39,432 bases of DNA, taken from assembly GCA_043803105.1 (NCBI GenBank), contig JAZDKJ010000003.1:1-39432 (forward strand), given 5' to 3'. Shown piece after piece: positions 18,955-27,474 of this stretch. The stretch's first letter is position 1, and every line of letters starts with the position of its first letter. Origin of the DNA: Candidatus Woesearchaeota archaeon (lineage in GTDB: Archaea; Nanobdellota; Nanobdellia; Woesearchaeales; JAZDKJ01). A program made the position numbers and the translations under genes. The notes beneath the pieces are model-generated. The model saw only the letters and a program-made list of their open reading frames with translations, was not told the DNA's origin and searched no databases.

Positions 18955-18977
18955 CACCCCTTCACTTCAAGTGGAAC
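18955..18977 (-). promoter_or_regulatory. Second ORB-like box, in the tbp-rnj divergent intergenic region
   Basis: Minus strand GTTCCACTTGAAGTGAAGGGGTG, 20/23 identical to 87-109. Confidence 0.7.
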
Positions 18978-19158
18978 ATGTGGAGGGCTATTTCTTGTAA
19001 TAAAGCAGGAGAGCGACAAGGATTGCAATGCCTATAAGGAATAGGATAACAGAACCAATGCCTGCTTTTCGCTGCATCATCTGCATTATGATAAAACAAC
19101 TATTTATTTCTTTAGTTTTCTAAAGATTTTTAAAGTGCTAGGCAAGTCTGGCCACAAC

Positions 19159-20490
19159 ATGAACATCGAAGTACAGGCAGTAGGGGGATATAATGAAGTA
19201 GGCAAGAACATGACTGCTGTAAAGACAGGAAACGATGTTGTGCTAATAGACATGGGAGTGCACCTTGACAAGTACATAAAGTACACAGAGGCAGAAGAGG
19301 TAAAGAACCTGAAGAGAGACGAACTAATTGCTGGAGGAGCAATACCTGATGTGTCAAAGCTTGACAAATGGTCAGAAAACGTACGGGCAATCATACCAAC
19401 ACATGCGCACCTTGATCATGTTGGCGCGATACCATTCCTCGCGAACCTTTACAAGGGACCAATACTGTGCACACAATTCACAACAGCGGTAATCAATTCC
19501 ATGCTAAGGGACAACTCACTCAAGATAGAAAACCAAATCAAGACAGTAAATGCGGGCTCTTTTTACCAGATAACACCGGACATCAAGGCAGAGTTCATCA
19601 ATGTCACACACTCAACACCGCAGACAGTGATAGTTGCGCTGCACACACCAAGCGGAATAATCCTGTATTGCAATGACTTCAAATTCGACCTTTACCCTAC
19701 ACTTGGGAACAAGCCAAACTTCGGAAGACTGGCAGAGATTGGAAAAAAAGGTGTAAGGGCGCTTATTGTTGACTCGACGTATGCAGCAGCAGAAAAGAAA
19801 ATGCCGTCAGAATCAGTGGCAAAAGAAATGCTAAGAGACGTAATGCTCGGAACAGACTCGAAGGGCAAGGCAATAATAGCAACCACATTTTCGTCACACC
19901 TGGCAAGGTTAAAAAGCATCATCGAATTTGGGAACAAGCTGAACAGAAAGATAGTGTTCCTCGGAAGATCACTAGCAAAATACACATACGCTGGACAGGA
20001 CTGCGGGATAATAGACTTCTCAAATGTTGAAATCGTGCAGTACAGTAAGCAGATAACGAGAAGGCTAAAGAAAATAACACCAAGAAACAGGCACAAATAC
20101 ATTTTCGTGGTAACAGGGCACCAGGGAGAGCCCAACTCAACACTCACAAAAATAGTGGACAAGAAGCTTGACTTCAAATTCCAGCCAGACGACCATATGA
20201 TATTTTCCTGCACAGTAATACCTACCGCAGTAAACCAGCAGAACAGGGACTATGTGGAGAGATGCCTGAAGGAAGACAGGGTAAGAATATTCAAGGACAT
20301 ACACGTGAGCGGGCATGCTGCAAGAGAGGACCTGCGAGACCTAATCAACCTTGTAAAGCCTCAACACATAATACCGGCGCACGGAAACATACAGATGACA
20401 TCAGCACTCTCAGAACTTGCAAGCGAGATGGGATATGCTGGAGACAAGATACACCTCATGAGGAACGGGCAGAGGATACAACTATCATAA
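19159..20490 (+). CDS. rnj: Ribonuclease J (beta-CASP metallo-beta-lactamase)
   Basis: GGYNEVGKNMT, THAHLDHVG, THSTP, DFKFD, TGHQGEP, HVSGHA and PAHG. Confidence 0.95.
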   Translation: MNIEVQAVGGYNEVGKNMTAVKTGNDVVLIDMGVHLDKYIKYTEAEEVKNLKRDELIAGGAIPDVSKLDKWSENVRAIIPTHAHLDHVGAIPFLANLYKGPILCTQFTTAVINSMLRDNSLKIENQIKTVNAGSFYQITPDIKAEFINVTHSTPQTVIVALHTPSGIILYCNDFKFDLYPTLGNKPNFGRLAEIGKKGVRALIVDSTYAAAEKKMPSESVAKEMLRDVMLGTDSKGKAIIATTFSSHLARLKSIIEFGNKLNRKIVFLGRSLAKYTYAGQDCGIIDFSNVEIVQYSKQITRRLKKITPRNRHKYIFVVTGHQGEPNSTLTKIVDKKLDFKFQPDDHMIFSCTVIPTAVNQQNRDYVERCLKEDRVRIFKDIHVSGHAAREDLRDLINLVKPQHIIPAHGNIQMTSALSELASEMGYAGDKIHLMRNGQRIQLS

Positions 20491-20549
20491 CTCGGGAACA
20501 ACAAAATATAAATATGGGTCTTTTTACTTAGGAGATGGGGGTAGACAAA

Positions 20550-21293
20550 ATGAAACTGACTCTTGCTGAACCGAAATACCTACGAGACAGCGTGCTGATC
20601 ATAAGCGAGCTTGTGAACGAGGTAAGGTTCAAGATAACAGCACAGGCCATAGAACTGGTCGCAATGGATCCGGCAAACGTTGCGATGGTAATATACAAGC
20701 TTTTCTCAAGCTGCTTCACCGAATATGATGTGAAAAAGCCAACAGAGATTGCGATAAACCTGTCCAATCTGAAACAAATACTGAAAAGAATCGGGCCAAA
20801 CGACACAATAACAATAGAGGTCACGAACGAAAACAAACTGCAGATACAGATAAGGGGAGGCTCAACAAGAACATTCAGCGTCCCGATAATAGATTTTGAA
20901 GAAAAAGAGCAGAAAATACCAGACCTGAACTTTGGCACTACGATAACAACGCCGTGCAGCGTGTTTAACTCAGCAATTGAGGATGCAGGCATAGTGGCAG
21001 AATCAGTAACCTTCATTGCTGACGACAAAAAATTCACAATACAGGCAGAAGGCGATTTGTCAAAGGCAAAGATAGAGATCAAGGGAGATGACACAAAGAT
21101 AGCTGCGAAAACAAAAGACACAATAAAGGCAAAATACTCAATAGAGTACCTAAAGAAAATGCTTGGCGGGTCAAAATTGGCTGAGAACGTGGAGATATCT
21201 TTTTCAAATGATTATCCATTGAAGCTCGAGTACAAGGTAATAGACAGGATACAATTAGGATTCATTCTGGCGCCAAGGGTTGAGAGCGACTAA
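20550..21293 (+). CDS. pcn: PCNA sliding clamp
   Basis: AMDPANVAMV, YSIEYLKK, DYPLKLEY and FILAPRVE. Alternative start ATG 20535. Confidence 0.97.
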   Translation: MKLTLAEPKYLRDSVLIISELVNEVRFKITAQAIELVAMDPANVAMVIYKLFSSCFTEYDVKKPTEIAINLSNLKQILKRIGPNDTITIEVTNENKLQIQIRGGSTRTFSVPIIDFEEKEQKIPDLNFGTTITTPCSVFNSAIEDAGIVAESVTFIADDKKFTIQAEGDLSKAKIEIKGDDTKIAAKTKDTIKAKYSIEYLKKMLGGSKLAENVEISFSNDYPLKLEYKVIDRIQLGFILAPRVESD

Positions 21294-21356
21294 ATAATAT
21301 TTTTTTTCTTGGTTTCTGAGTTAAGCTTTATAAAGCATAATAATGTTTTCTGCTGC

Positions 21357-22403
21357 ATGGAAGAAGTCTACAGGCACATAAAAACAAAACTCGCTGAGCT
21401 TGCGCTTGAAGAGGATGAATACTTCAAAGGTAAATATTATATTATCCCAAAAAAATTTACTGTAGAAAAGATATCAAAGCAGGGGCAAGAAGCACTCATA
21501 TTCGAAAAGGGGAAAGAGTATTCACTTTCCGGCATTTTGATGACAGAGCGCCATCCTGGAATGGGGAGGGTGTTCTTCTTTCCCTACAGCACCAATATTG
21601 GCGTTGTTGAAAGATACATCGAGGTAAAGGGTTATGGCCAGGATGGCCATGACATGAACCTCTTCCTGCATGGTGACGGTGACATTCATTTTGGCATGTT
21701 TTACAAGAATGCAAAGAAGGAATATGACATCCTGAAGAAAGCCCGGGAGGCAGGGCTCAGGGTGCCGCTACAACTCCTCCTTGGAAAAATATCAAAACAA
21801 GAGTGGTTCAGTTCTGCAGTAAGGGCAATGAAGTCATACGCAAGTATATTTCATGATGACAAAAATGTAGAGCAGCTTGATTCGGCAAAATACGATGATA
21901 TACAGGTATTAGAAACAATAATCAACAGATTTGAAATGTCAAAATATAGAGAGGACAGTCTATCAGCGTACAGACAACCCTATGATGCTGGATTTGTTGT
22001 CAGGGCCCCTATATCACCCTTTAGACTGGGAGACCCATCAAAGAAATATGAGCTAAACAACAGAAACAAGATGATTGCAAGAAGCTGCGGCCAGACCTTC
22101 CTAAGACTGCTGAATATAGGATATCTGCATCTTTGTCCTGGAACTGGAAACTGGACCACAATGGGAGAGCTAACAGACATGAGTGACTGCTATGATATCA
22201 AAAAAGACAAGAACATAAAAAGAATAGTCTCAACAATAGAATCCAAGGTGCAAAAGAACTATTGGGAATACCTTTTAGGGAGCGACCACACAGCAAACCT
22301 GACAAATGAATTCATAAAAGGCATATATGAAGAAGAGCTAAGCTTGAAAGAAGCAGCGGAAGAGATTAGGAGGCAATTCTTTCAGAAAACATTAAGCAAG
22401 TAA
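21357..22403 (+). CDS. Hypothetical protein with a protein-kinase-like/SelO-like fold
   Basis: Ordered motifs EVKGYG, KKEY, AGLRVP, SPFRLG, GYLHxxxxxGN and GELTD. TTTATAAA upstream of ATG 21357. Confidence 0.6.
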   Translation: MEEVYRHIKTKLAELALEEDEYFKGKYYIIPKKFTVEKISKQGQEALIFEKGKEYSLSGILMTERHPGMGRVFFFPYSTNIGVVERYIEVKGYGQDGHDMNLFLHGDGDIHFGMFYKNAKKEYDILKKAREAGLRVPLQLLLGKISKQEWFSSAVRAMKSYASIFHDDKNVEQLDSAKYDDIQVLETIINRFEMSKYREDSLSAYRQPYDAGFVVRAPISPFRLGDPSKKYELNNRNKMIARSCGQTFLRLLNIGYLHLCPGTGNWTTMGELTDMSDCYDIKKDKNIKRIVSTIESKVQKNYWEYLLGSDHTANLTNEFIKGIYEEELSLKEAAEEIRRQFFQKTLSK

Positions 22404-22507
22404 CACAAAAGATAAAATTACCTACTTAAATCAAATTCTTATCTCAGTTATTATATTTATTATCAGAATTATTACTTTTACTCACCTTTTGTATTAGGGT
22501 GTTTAAT

Positions 22508-22713
22508 ATGACTAAAGATTTTACAGATCAGGCAATAGGATTCCGGAATTGGAAACATACGCAAGAAATGCCAAGCCTTTGGGAAGAAGTTCTCCAGTCA
22601 GCCTGGATGTAGGATACCATGTAATGAATCCTGGAAAGAAGGATATCATCAAAGGTGTTGGGCTTGATTCTTCAGTGGAATTTGTAACCTTTGAAAAGTT
22701 TGACTTAAAGTAG
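22508..22713 (+). pseudogene. Possible small gene (~67 aa) broken by a 1-nt frameshift
   Basis: GGGTG SD-like site then ATG ACT AAA GAT TTT. Adding one T to the T run joins it to a 65-codon open frame ending at TAG 22713. Confidence 0.35.
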
Positions 22714-22758
22714 ATATAGCCAAAGAATTTATAAGGAAAAAGCCAAACCAATAATGCA

Positions 22759-23241
22759 ATGATGCAGGTAACGTTGTGCTATCTCCTCAAGGAAAACAAG
22801 ATACTTCTGGGCATGAAGAAAAGGGGATTTGGAGAGGGCAGATGGAATGGGTTTGGTGGCAAGACAGCAGAAGGCGAGTCAATTGAGGATGCTGCAATAC
22901 GGGAGATAAAGGAAGAGATGTCTGTCATGATAGACAAAAAACACCTGAAGAAGGTTGCAACAATTGATTTCTTTTTTCCTTTCGCACCTGAAGGAAAGAA
23001 ATGGGACCAGCAGATGCATGTGTTCTTTGCAACAAAATGGAAAGGAGAGCCTGAAGAGACTGAAGAGATGAAACCACAATGGTTTGAGATCAGCAAGATA
23101 CCCTTGGAACAGATGTGGGCTGATGACCCGTACTGGCTACCATTGGTATTAAAGGGAAAAAAGGTAAAAGGAGAATTCACCTTCGGAAAAGACAACTGTT
23201 CAGTGGTGGACCACAAAGTAGAGGTAAAACAGAAATTCTAG
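22759..23241 (+). CDS. Nudix hydrolase, MTH1/8-oxo-dGTPase-like
   Basis: LLGMKKRGFGEGRWNGFGGK, Nudix box GKTAEGESIEDAAIREIKEE, ETEEMKPQWF and MWADD. Confidence 0.92.
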   Translation: MMQVTLCYLLKENKILLGMKKRGFGEGRWNGFGGKTAEGESIEDAAIREIKEEMSVMIDKKHLKKVATIDFFFPFAPEGKKWDQQMHVFFATKWKGEPEETEEMKPQWFEISKIPLEQMWADDPYWLPLVLKGKKVKGEFTFGKDNCSVVDHKVEVKQKF

Positions 23242-23278
23242 GTCAAGCTTTTTAAGTGCTTTATAGATTTATTATCTC

Positions 23279-24277
23279 ATGGCAGACATACTACAATTTC
23301 CAATATACAAAGCATCGGCCACGTTAACCAAGGCCGGTATGCTAGTGCAGATATTCTACCCAGAAAACCCTGCATTTGTGAACAAGAAAATAGAATCAAA
23401 TGCAAACGGACCAGATATATTTGATGAACTTTCTATCAGCGGTTATTCAAAGATAGCAACAGCAGAGAACCCAATAAGGCCTGCCTCTGCCGGATATGTA
23501 TACATGTTTCAGGATGAAAAAATAATGTTTCACAGAAGAGACATGGGAGCAAAGATACACAAGATGTTTCACTCAGTATCAGTGGGATATCCTCAAAACA
23601 AAGAGGAGATTTTTGGCAGGAATGCACTAGAAACCATAGCAAAAAGAGAGGCAAGCGAGGAGTGCATGCTAATCACAAGAGAGAGGAATCCATGGATAGT
23701 TGCTCCAACAGAATTAATGGAAGAGACAGAAAAGCAGGCAAAAAAGTATGGGATAGAAATGAAGATAAGGGAAATAAAGGGAGAAAGAATAAGGGCCCCT
23801 GACACAATCGAAGCATATTCATCGCAGGGTGAACTCATTTACAGGGCGAACGGAATAGTGGAGTTTGGATTCGAGAAAGAAACATTCCTTAACCTGCTTA
23901 TAGCATTGCAACTGCAGATTGACTCGACAGAAATCATGCCAGTGGACATGGAAGGAAAGCAAAGCGAGGATGGATACGAAAGGTTCAACAGGGAAAGCTA
24001 TCTTGCAAAAATGGAGACACTGCCAAGGTTTGGAAAGCCACTGAAAGATTTTGAGGTATTCCAAGCAAAAATAGAGGCAGGAAAGCTGATTCCTGATATT
24101 CCAGCTTACAAAGGAACGATTTTCAATGGGCCTGAGGGCATCCAGGTTGAGCATCCTCATATTTTTGCCCCAGACGACATGCTTGTAAGAGTGCTCGACG
24201 CATTAGGGGCCAAAGAATACGAAGGCAAATGGATGCAGATAGAAAAGGAAAAAGAGCTAGAATTGAAGCACCAGTAG
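23279..24277 (+). CDS. Hypothetical protein with a divergent Nudix-like box
   Basis: FHRRD, then GYPQNKE-(13 aa)-REASEE. Confidence 0.6.
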   Translation: MADILQFPIYKASATLTKAGMLVQIFYPENPAFVNKKIESNANGPDIFDELSISGYSKIATAENPIRPASAGYVYMFQDEKIMFHRRDMGAKIHKMFHSVSVGYPQNKEEIFGRNALETIAKREASEECMLITRERNPWIVAPTELMEETEKQAKKYGIEMKIREIKGERIRAPDTIEAYSSQGELIYRANGIVEFGFEKETFLNLLIALQLQIDSTEIMPVDMEGKQSEDGYERFNRESYLAKMETLPRFGKPLKDFEVFQAKIEAGKLIPDIPAYKGTIFNGPEGIQVEHPHIFAPDDMLVRVLDALGAKEYEGKWMQIEKEKELELKHQ

Positions 24278-24327
24278 AAAGTTTTTTATTCACAAAGGTT
24301 AAACTTATTCTGCAGGGGGGATGTTAA

Positions 24328-24588
24328 ATGGAAGAGGTACAAATAGGCAAGATAACACATTACTTCTCCAAGATAGGGGTTGGAGTAATAGAGGTAACAG
24401 GGCCTGAGGCTCTCAAGAAGGGGGACACAATCCACATAAAGGGAGCAACATCAGATTTTGAGCAGAGGCTTGAGTCAATGCAGATAGACCACAAGGAAGT
24501 GCTGGAAGCAAAGAAGGGAGACTCATTCGGGCTGAAAACAAAAGACCCAGTAAGGGAGCACGACATGGTCTACAAAGTCATAGGGTAA
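24328..24588 (+). CDS. Small beta-barrel, translation elongation factor-like / U32 C-terminal-like protein
   Basis: IGKITHYFSKIGV, LKKGDTIHIKG, SMQID and VREHDMVY. GGGGG SD upstream. Confidence 0.85.
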   Translation: MEEVQIGKITHYFSKIGVGVIEVTGPEALKKGDTIHIKGATSDFEQRLESMQIDHKEVLEAKKGDSFGLKTKDPVREHDMVYKVIG

Positions 24589-24621
24589 ACCTTTTAAAGA
24601 GACAGCATTTTTTGCAGGTCT

Positions 24622-25077
24622 ATGAGCGAGGAGAAGGAATACCTCAAAGAATGGATAACCCAATTTCTAAAGAACAGAAACATGGTATTCAAAACCATAG
24701 AAAGCATTTCAAAACACGACAGCTATGATCTTTTCGTAAAACACAAGACCAAAGAGCAATACATAATTGTACAGCCAATACTCGAAGACCCGAAAAGAAT
24801 TTCCGGGGACAAGCACATACTTGTAGTGTGCTTTAACACAGAAGAAAACTTCCAGTTCCTGCTTGACAACTGGAAGCAACTGGCAGCATGCCCAAACCTG
24901 ACGATGTATTATGTAAACCCATTATCTGAACCGGACAAAAAATGGATAATCTCGCCTTACGTACATCAGGCAATATGTGACAACACATCCCTTCGCACTG
25001 GATTAAGATCAATGTTTGAGACAGTCAATCCGTTATCAAACGAGAAAATCAAAAGCCTTATAAAGAAAAAAGAGTGA
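24622..25077 (+). CDS. Hypothetical protein
   Basis: 151-aa ORF with TATA-like TTTTAAA upstream and typical + strand codon usage. Confidence 0.75.
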   Translation: MSEEKEYLKEWITQFLKNRNMVFKTIESISKHDSYDLFVKHKTKEQYIIVQPILEDPKRISGDKHILVVCFNTEENFQFLLDNWKQLAACPNLTMYYVNPLSEPDKKWIISPYVHQAICDNTSLRTGLRSMFETVNPLSNEKIKSLIKKKE

Positions 25078-25181
25078 GTTTTTAGGGTGCAGAACAAGCA
25101 ATCAAAGGGAGCCCAACTATACACAACGGACCTTGTCCAAAAACTATTTGCGCTACCACCTTTTTTGCTTGTGCATAAAAA

Positions 25182-25820
25182 CTACAGAATACCAATATTC
25201 CTGTGAAGAAAGGTCTGAAGAATACCAAATGGAGCAAAGATGGCAGAGCCGGAGACCTTTGTCTTTCTATTCCTGATCGCTGTCCTGAGATTACTGTCAA
25301 ACAAAGTGACAGATCTGCCAATCTCATAAGAGAAATGAGCATCGCTGCCTGCAATTTTTGCAAGGCTTAATTCTGAGGCAAGTTCAAATGCCTTCCTATT
25401 GAAAATTGGCAGAAGGCTCCGCGAATTAAAAACCTCAACTGCATCAAGCTTTGTTCTCAAGGAGATTATAACCCCAGTTGGAAAGGATTCACGAAAAAAA
25501 TCAAAAGGGTGGGCGAGGGCAACAATAGCACCCTGGGACCTTGCAGAGTCAAGAATGTCTAACAAATAGCCAGGAGCGATTGTTTTATTCAAGTAATAGG
25601 CCAGTACATGACCAAACTCCGTGTCAATCTCTTCGCCTATGATAACCTCAAAGTTCTTGTCCTTGTTAAGTTTTCTTGCAAGGACTGCACCTTCAATGGA
25701 GTTATGGTCAGTTATTGCGATGCCATCTAAACCCCTAAGCTTAGCTATGCGCAAAATGTCTTTTGGCTTGAGGTTCGAGCACCTGGAAAACTCTGAATGC
25801 ACATGGAGATCGTATCGCAC
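25182..25820 (-). CDS. PHP-domain metal-dependent phosphoesterase
   Basis: DLHVHS, AITDHN, GEEI, GH, AHPF and GSDAH. Start uncertain (GTG 25820 or TTG 25841). Confidence 0.9.
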   Translation of the reverse strand: MRYDLHVHSEFSRCSNLKPKDILRIAKLRGLDGIAITDHNSIEGAVLARKLNKDKNFEVIIGEEIDTEFGHVLAYYLNKTIAPGYLLDILDSARSQGAIVALAHPFDFFRESFPTGVIISLRTKLDAVEVFNSRSLLPIFNRKAFELASELSLAKIAGSDAHFSYEIGRSVTLFDSNLRTAIRNRKTKVSGSAIFAPFGILQTFLHRNIGIL

Positions 25821-25869
25821 AAGCAAATGAAAGGAAATCAATATAAAAAAGTAGTGATTTATTGATATA

Positions 25870-26424
25870 ATGGAGAAAATGCTGCTGCATGTCTGTTGCG
25901 GACCATGCTCTACGAATGCAGTAGAAGAATTGGGAAAAGAGTATGATGTGACACTCTTCTTTTACAATCCTAACATCTATCCTGAAACAGAGTACAAGAG
26001 AAGGCTTGAGCAGGCAAAAAAGGTGGCAAGAGTGCATGGTCTGGGATTAGTAGAGGGGAATTATGACAATAACGCATGGGACTCATTTGTTAGGATGTAT
26101 ACAGAAGAGCCAGAAGGTGGCAAGAGATGCAAGCTATGCTTTGAGTACAGGCTAAAAGAGACAGCGAAACAGGCAAAGAACAAGGGCTTTGCTGTATTTG
26201 CGACAACAATCACAACAGGGCCAAACAAAGAAGCAAGGGTAATAAACGAGATCGGGATTGAACTTGCCAAACAATATGGAATCAAGTTTCTTGAAGCTGA
26301 TTTCAAAAAGAAGGATGGCTATCTCAAGAGCATAAACAAAAGCGTGGGACTGGGACTGTACAGGCAGAATTATTGCGGATGTGTTTATTCCTTGAGAAGC
26401 AGCATAGCGTCACCGAAACTGTAG
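25870..26424 (+). CDS. queH: Epoxyqueuosine reductase QueH (DUF208)
   Basis: LLHVCCGPCS, YNPNIYP..EY.RR, EGGKRCKLCFEYRL and YRQNYCGCVYS. Confidence 0.93.
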   Translation: MEKMLLHVCCGPCSTNAVEELGKEYDVTLFFYNPNIYPETEYKRRLEQAKKVARVHGLGLVEGNYDNNAWDSFVRMYTEEPEGGKRCKLCFEYRLKETAKQAKNKGFAVFATTITTGPNKEARVINEIGIELAKQYGIKFLEADFKKKDGYLKSINKSVGLGLYRQNYCGCVYSLRSSIASPKL

Positions 26425-27380
26425 AATCGGTATTTTTTCTTAATAGCCTCAGCATAGATATTAAGGATTCTTTCCCTTCCAAAAAAAGCTGATACCAGAA
26501 GCAGTAGGGTGGACTTTGGGAGATGAAAATTTGTTATAACCCCATCAAACTTTACCTTGAAGTCATATGGAGGATAAATGAACAGGTCTGAATCCTTGAA
26601 GCCAGGATGAATCATTCCATGTGAATCAGCAAGGGATTCAAGGGTTTTAACAACGGTAGTGCCAACGGCAATGAGCCTTCCTTTCCTATTGTTGATAACA
26701 TCTGCATTGGTCTTGTCAATGGAGCAGTATTCTGGATGCATCTTATGCCTCTCTACAGTGGTGCGGATTGGGAAAAAGGTAGAGTAGCTGATATGCAGGC
26801 AGACCTTTGCAATCTTTACACCTTTTGCCCTTAGCTCCTGTAATAATTCTTGAGTAAAGTGGAGACCTGCTGTGTGCGCAGCAATGGAGCCGGGCTTTCG
26901 GCAATAAACTGTCTGGTACCTTGATTGGTGTTTCAAAGGCTTTTTGACATATGGAGGGATTGGCATTTGGCCAACTTTTCTCAGGATTGAGGCAGTTAGT
27001 TTTGGGTGGAATTGCAGCTTTGCGATAGTCCCATTCTTTTCCATAACTTTTGCTGAAAGGCCTCCATCGAACAGCAATGTACTTCCGAGGTGAACCCTGC
27101 GCGTGACAACAGCTTCATAGAGAAGGCCAATTTTCCTTGTAAGAATCACCTCAACCTTACCACCAGAATCTTTTTTACCAATAAGCTTGGCGGGAATCAC
27201 CTTTGATTCATTAATCACGAGCACATCACCTTTGTGCAGAAAATCTGGAATATAATTAAAGACAGTGTGCTTGATTGAGCTTTTGGAACAGACAAGGAGC
27301 CTTGAGGAGCTTCTCGTCCTTGACGGGGATTGGGCTATTAGCCTATCTGGAAGGCAATAATTGTAATCTTCAAGGTCCAT
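26385..27380 (-). CDS. queA: SAM:tRNA ribosyltransferase-isomerase QueA
   Basis: LIAQ.P, SRLL, PIPPY, RYQTVY, AAHTAGLHF, AVGTT..K.LES, TNFHLPKSTL and YRFYSFGDAML. Confidence 0.95.
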   Translation of the reverse strand: MDLEDYNYCLPDRLIAQSPSRTRSSSRLLVCSKSSIKHTVFNYIPDFLHKGDVLVINESKVIPAKLIGKKDSGGKVEVILTRKIGLLYEAVVTRRVHLGSTLLFDGGLSAKVMEKNGTIAKLQFHPKLTASILRKVGQMPIPPYVKKPLKHQSRYQTVYCRKPGSIAAHTAGLHFTQELLQELRAKGVKIAKVCLHISYSTFFPIRTTVERHKMHPEYCSIDKTNADVINNRKGRLIAVGTTVVKTLESLADSHGMIHPGFKDSDLFIYPPYDFKVKFDGVITNFHLPKSTLLLLVSAFFGRERILNIYAEAIKKKYRFYSFGDAMLLLKE

Positions 27381-27474
27381 AGTACACGTAAGAACCAGTT
27401 GCCTTTAAAAAAGTTTACCGACAGATGTTGTCAACAGAGCGGCGATAAGCACTGCTGAAAAACTCCAGAAAAAG

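Noticed and set aside
18895-19069. Short inverted repeats (GAGGCA/TGCCTC; AAAGCAGG/CCTGCTTT) as an ncRNA
   Set aside because: The stems are short and compatible with chance; no supporting motif.
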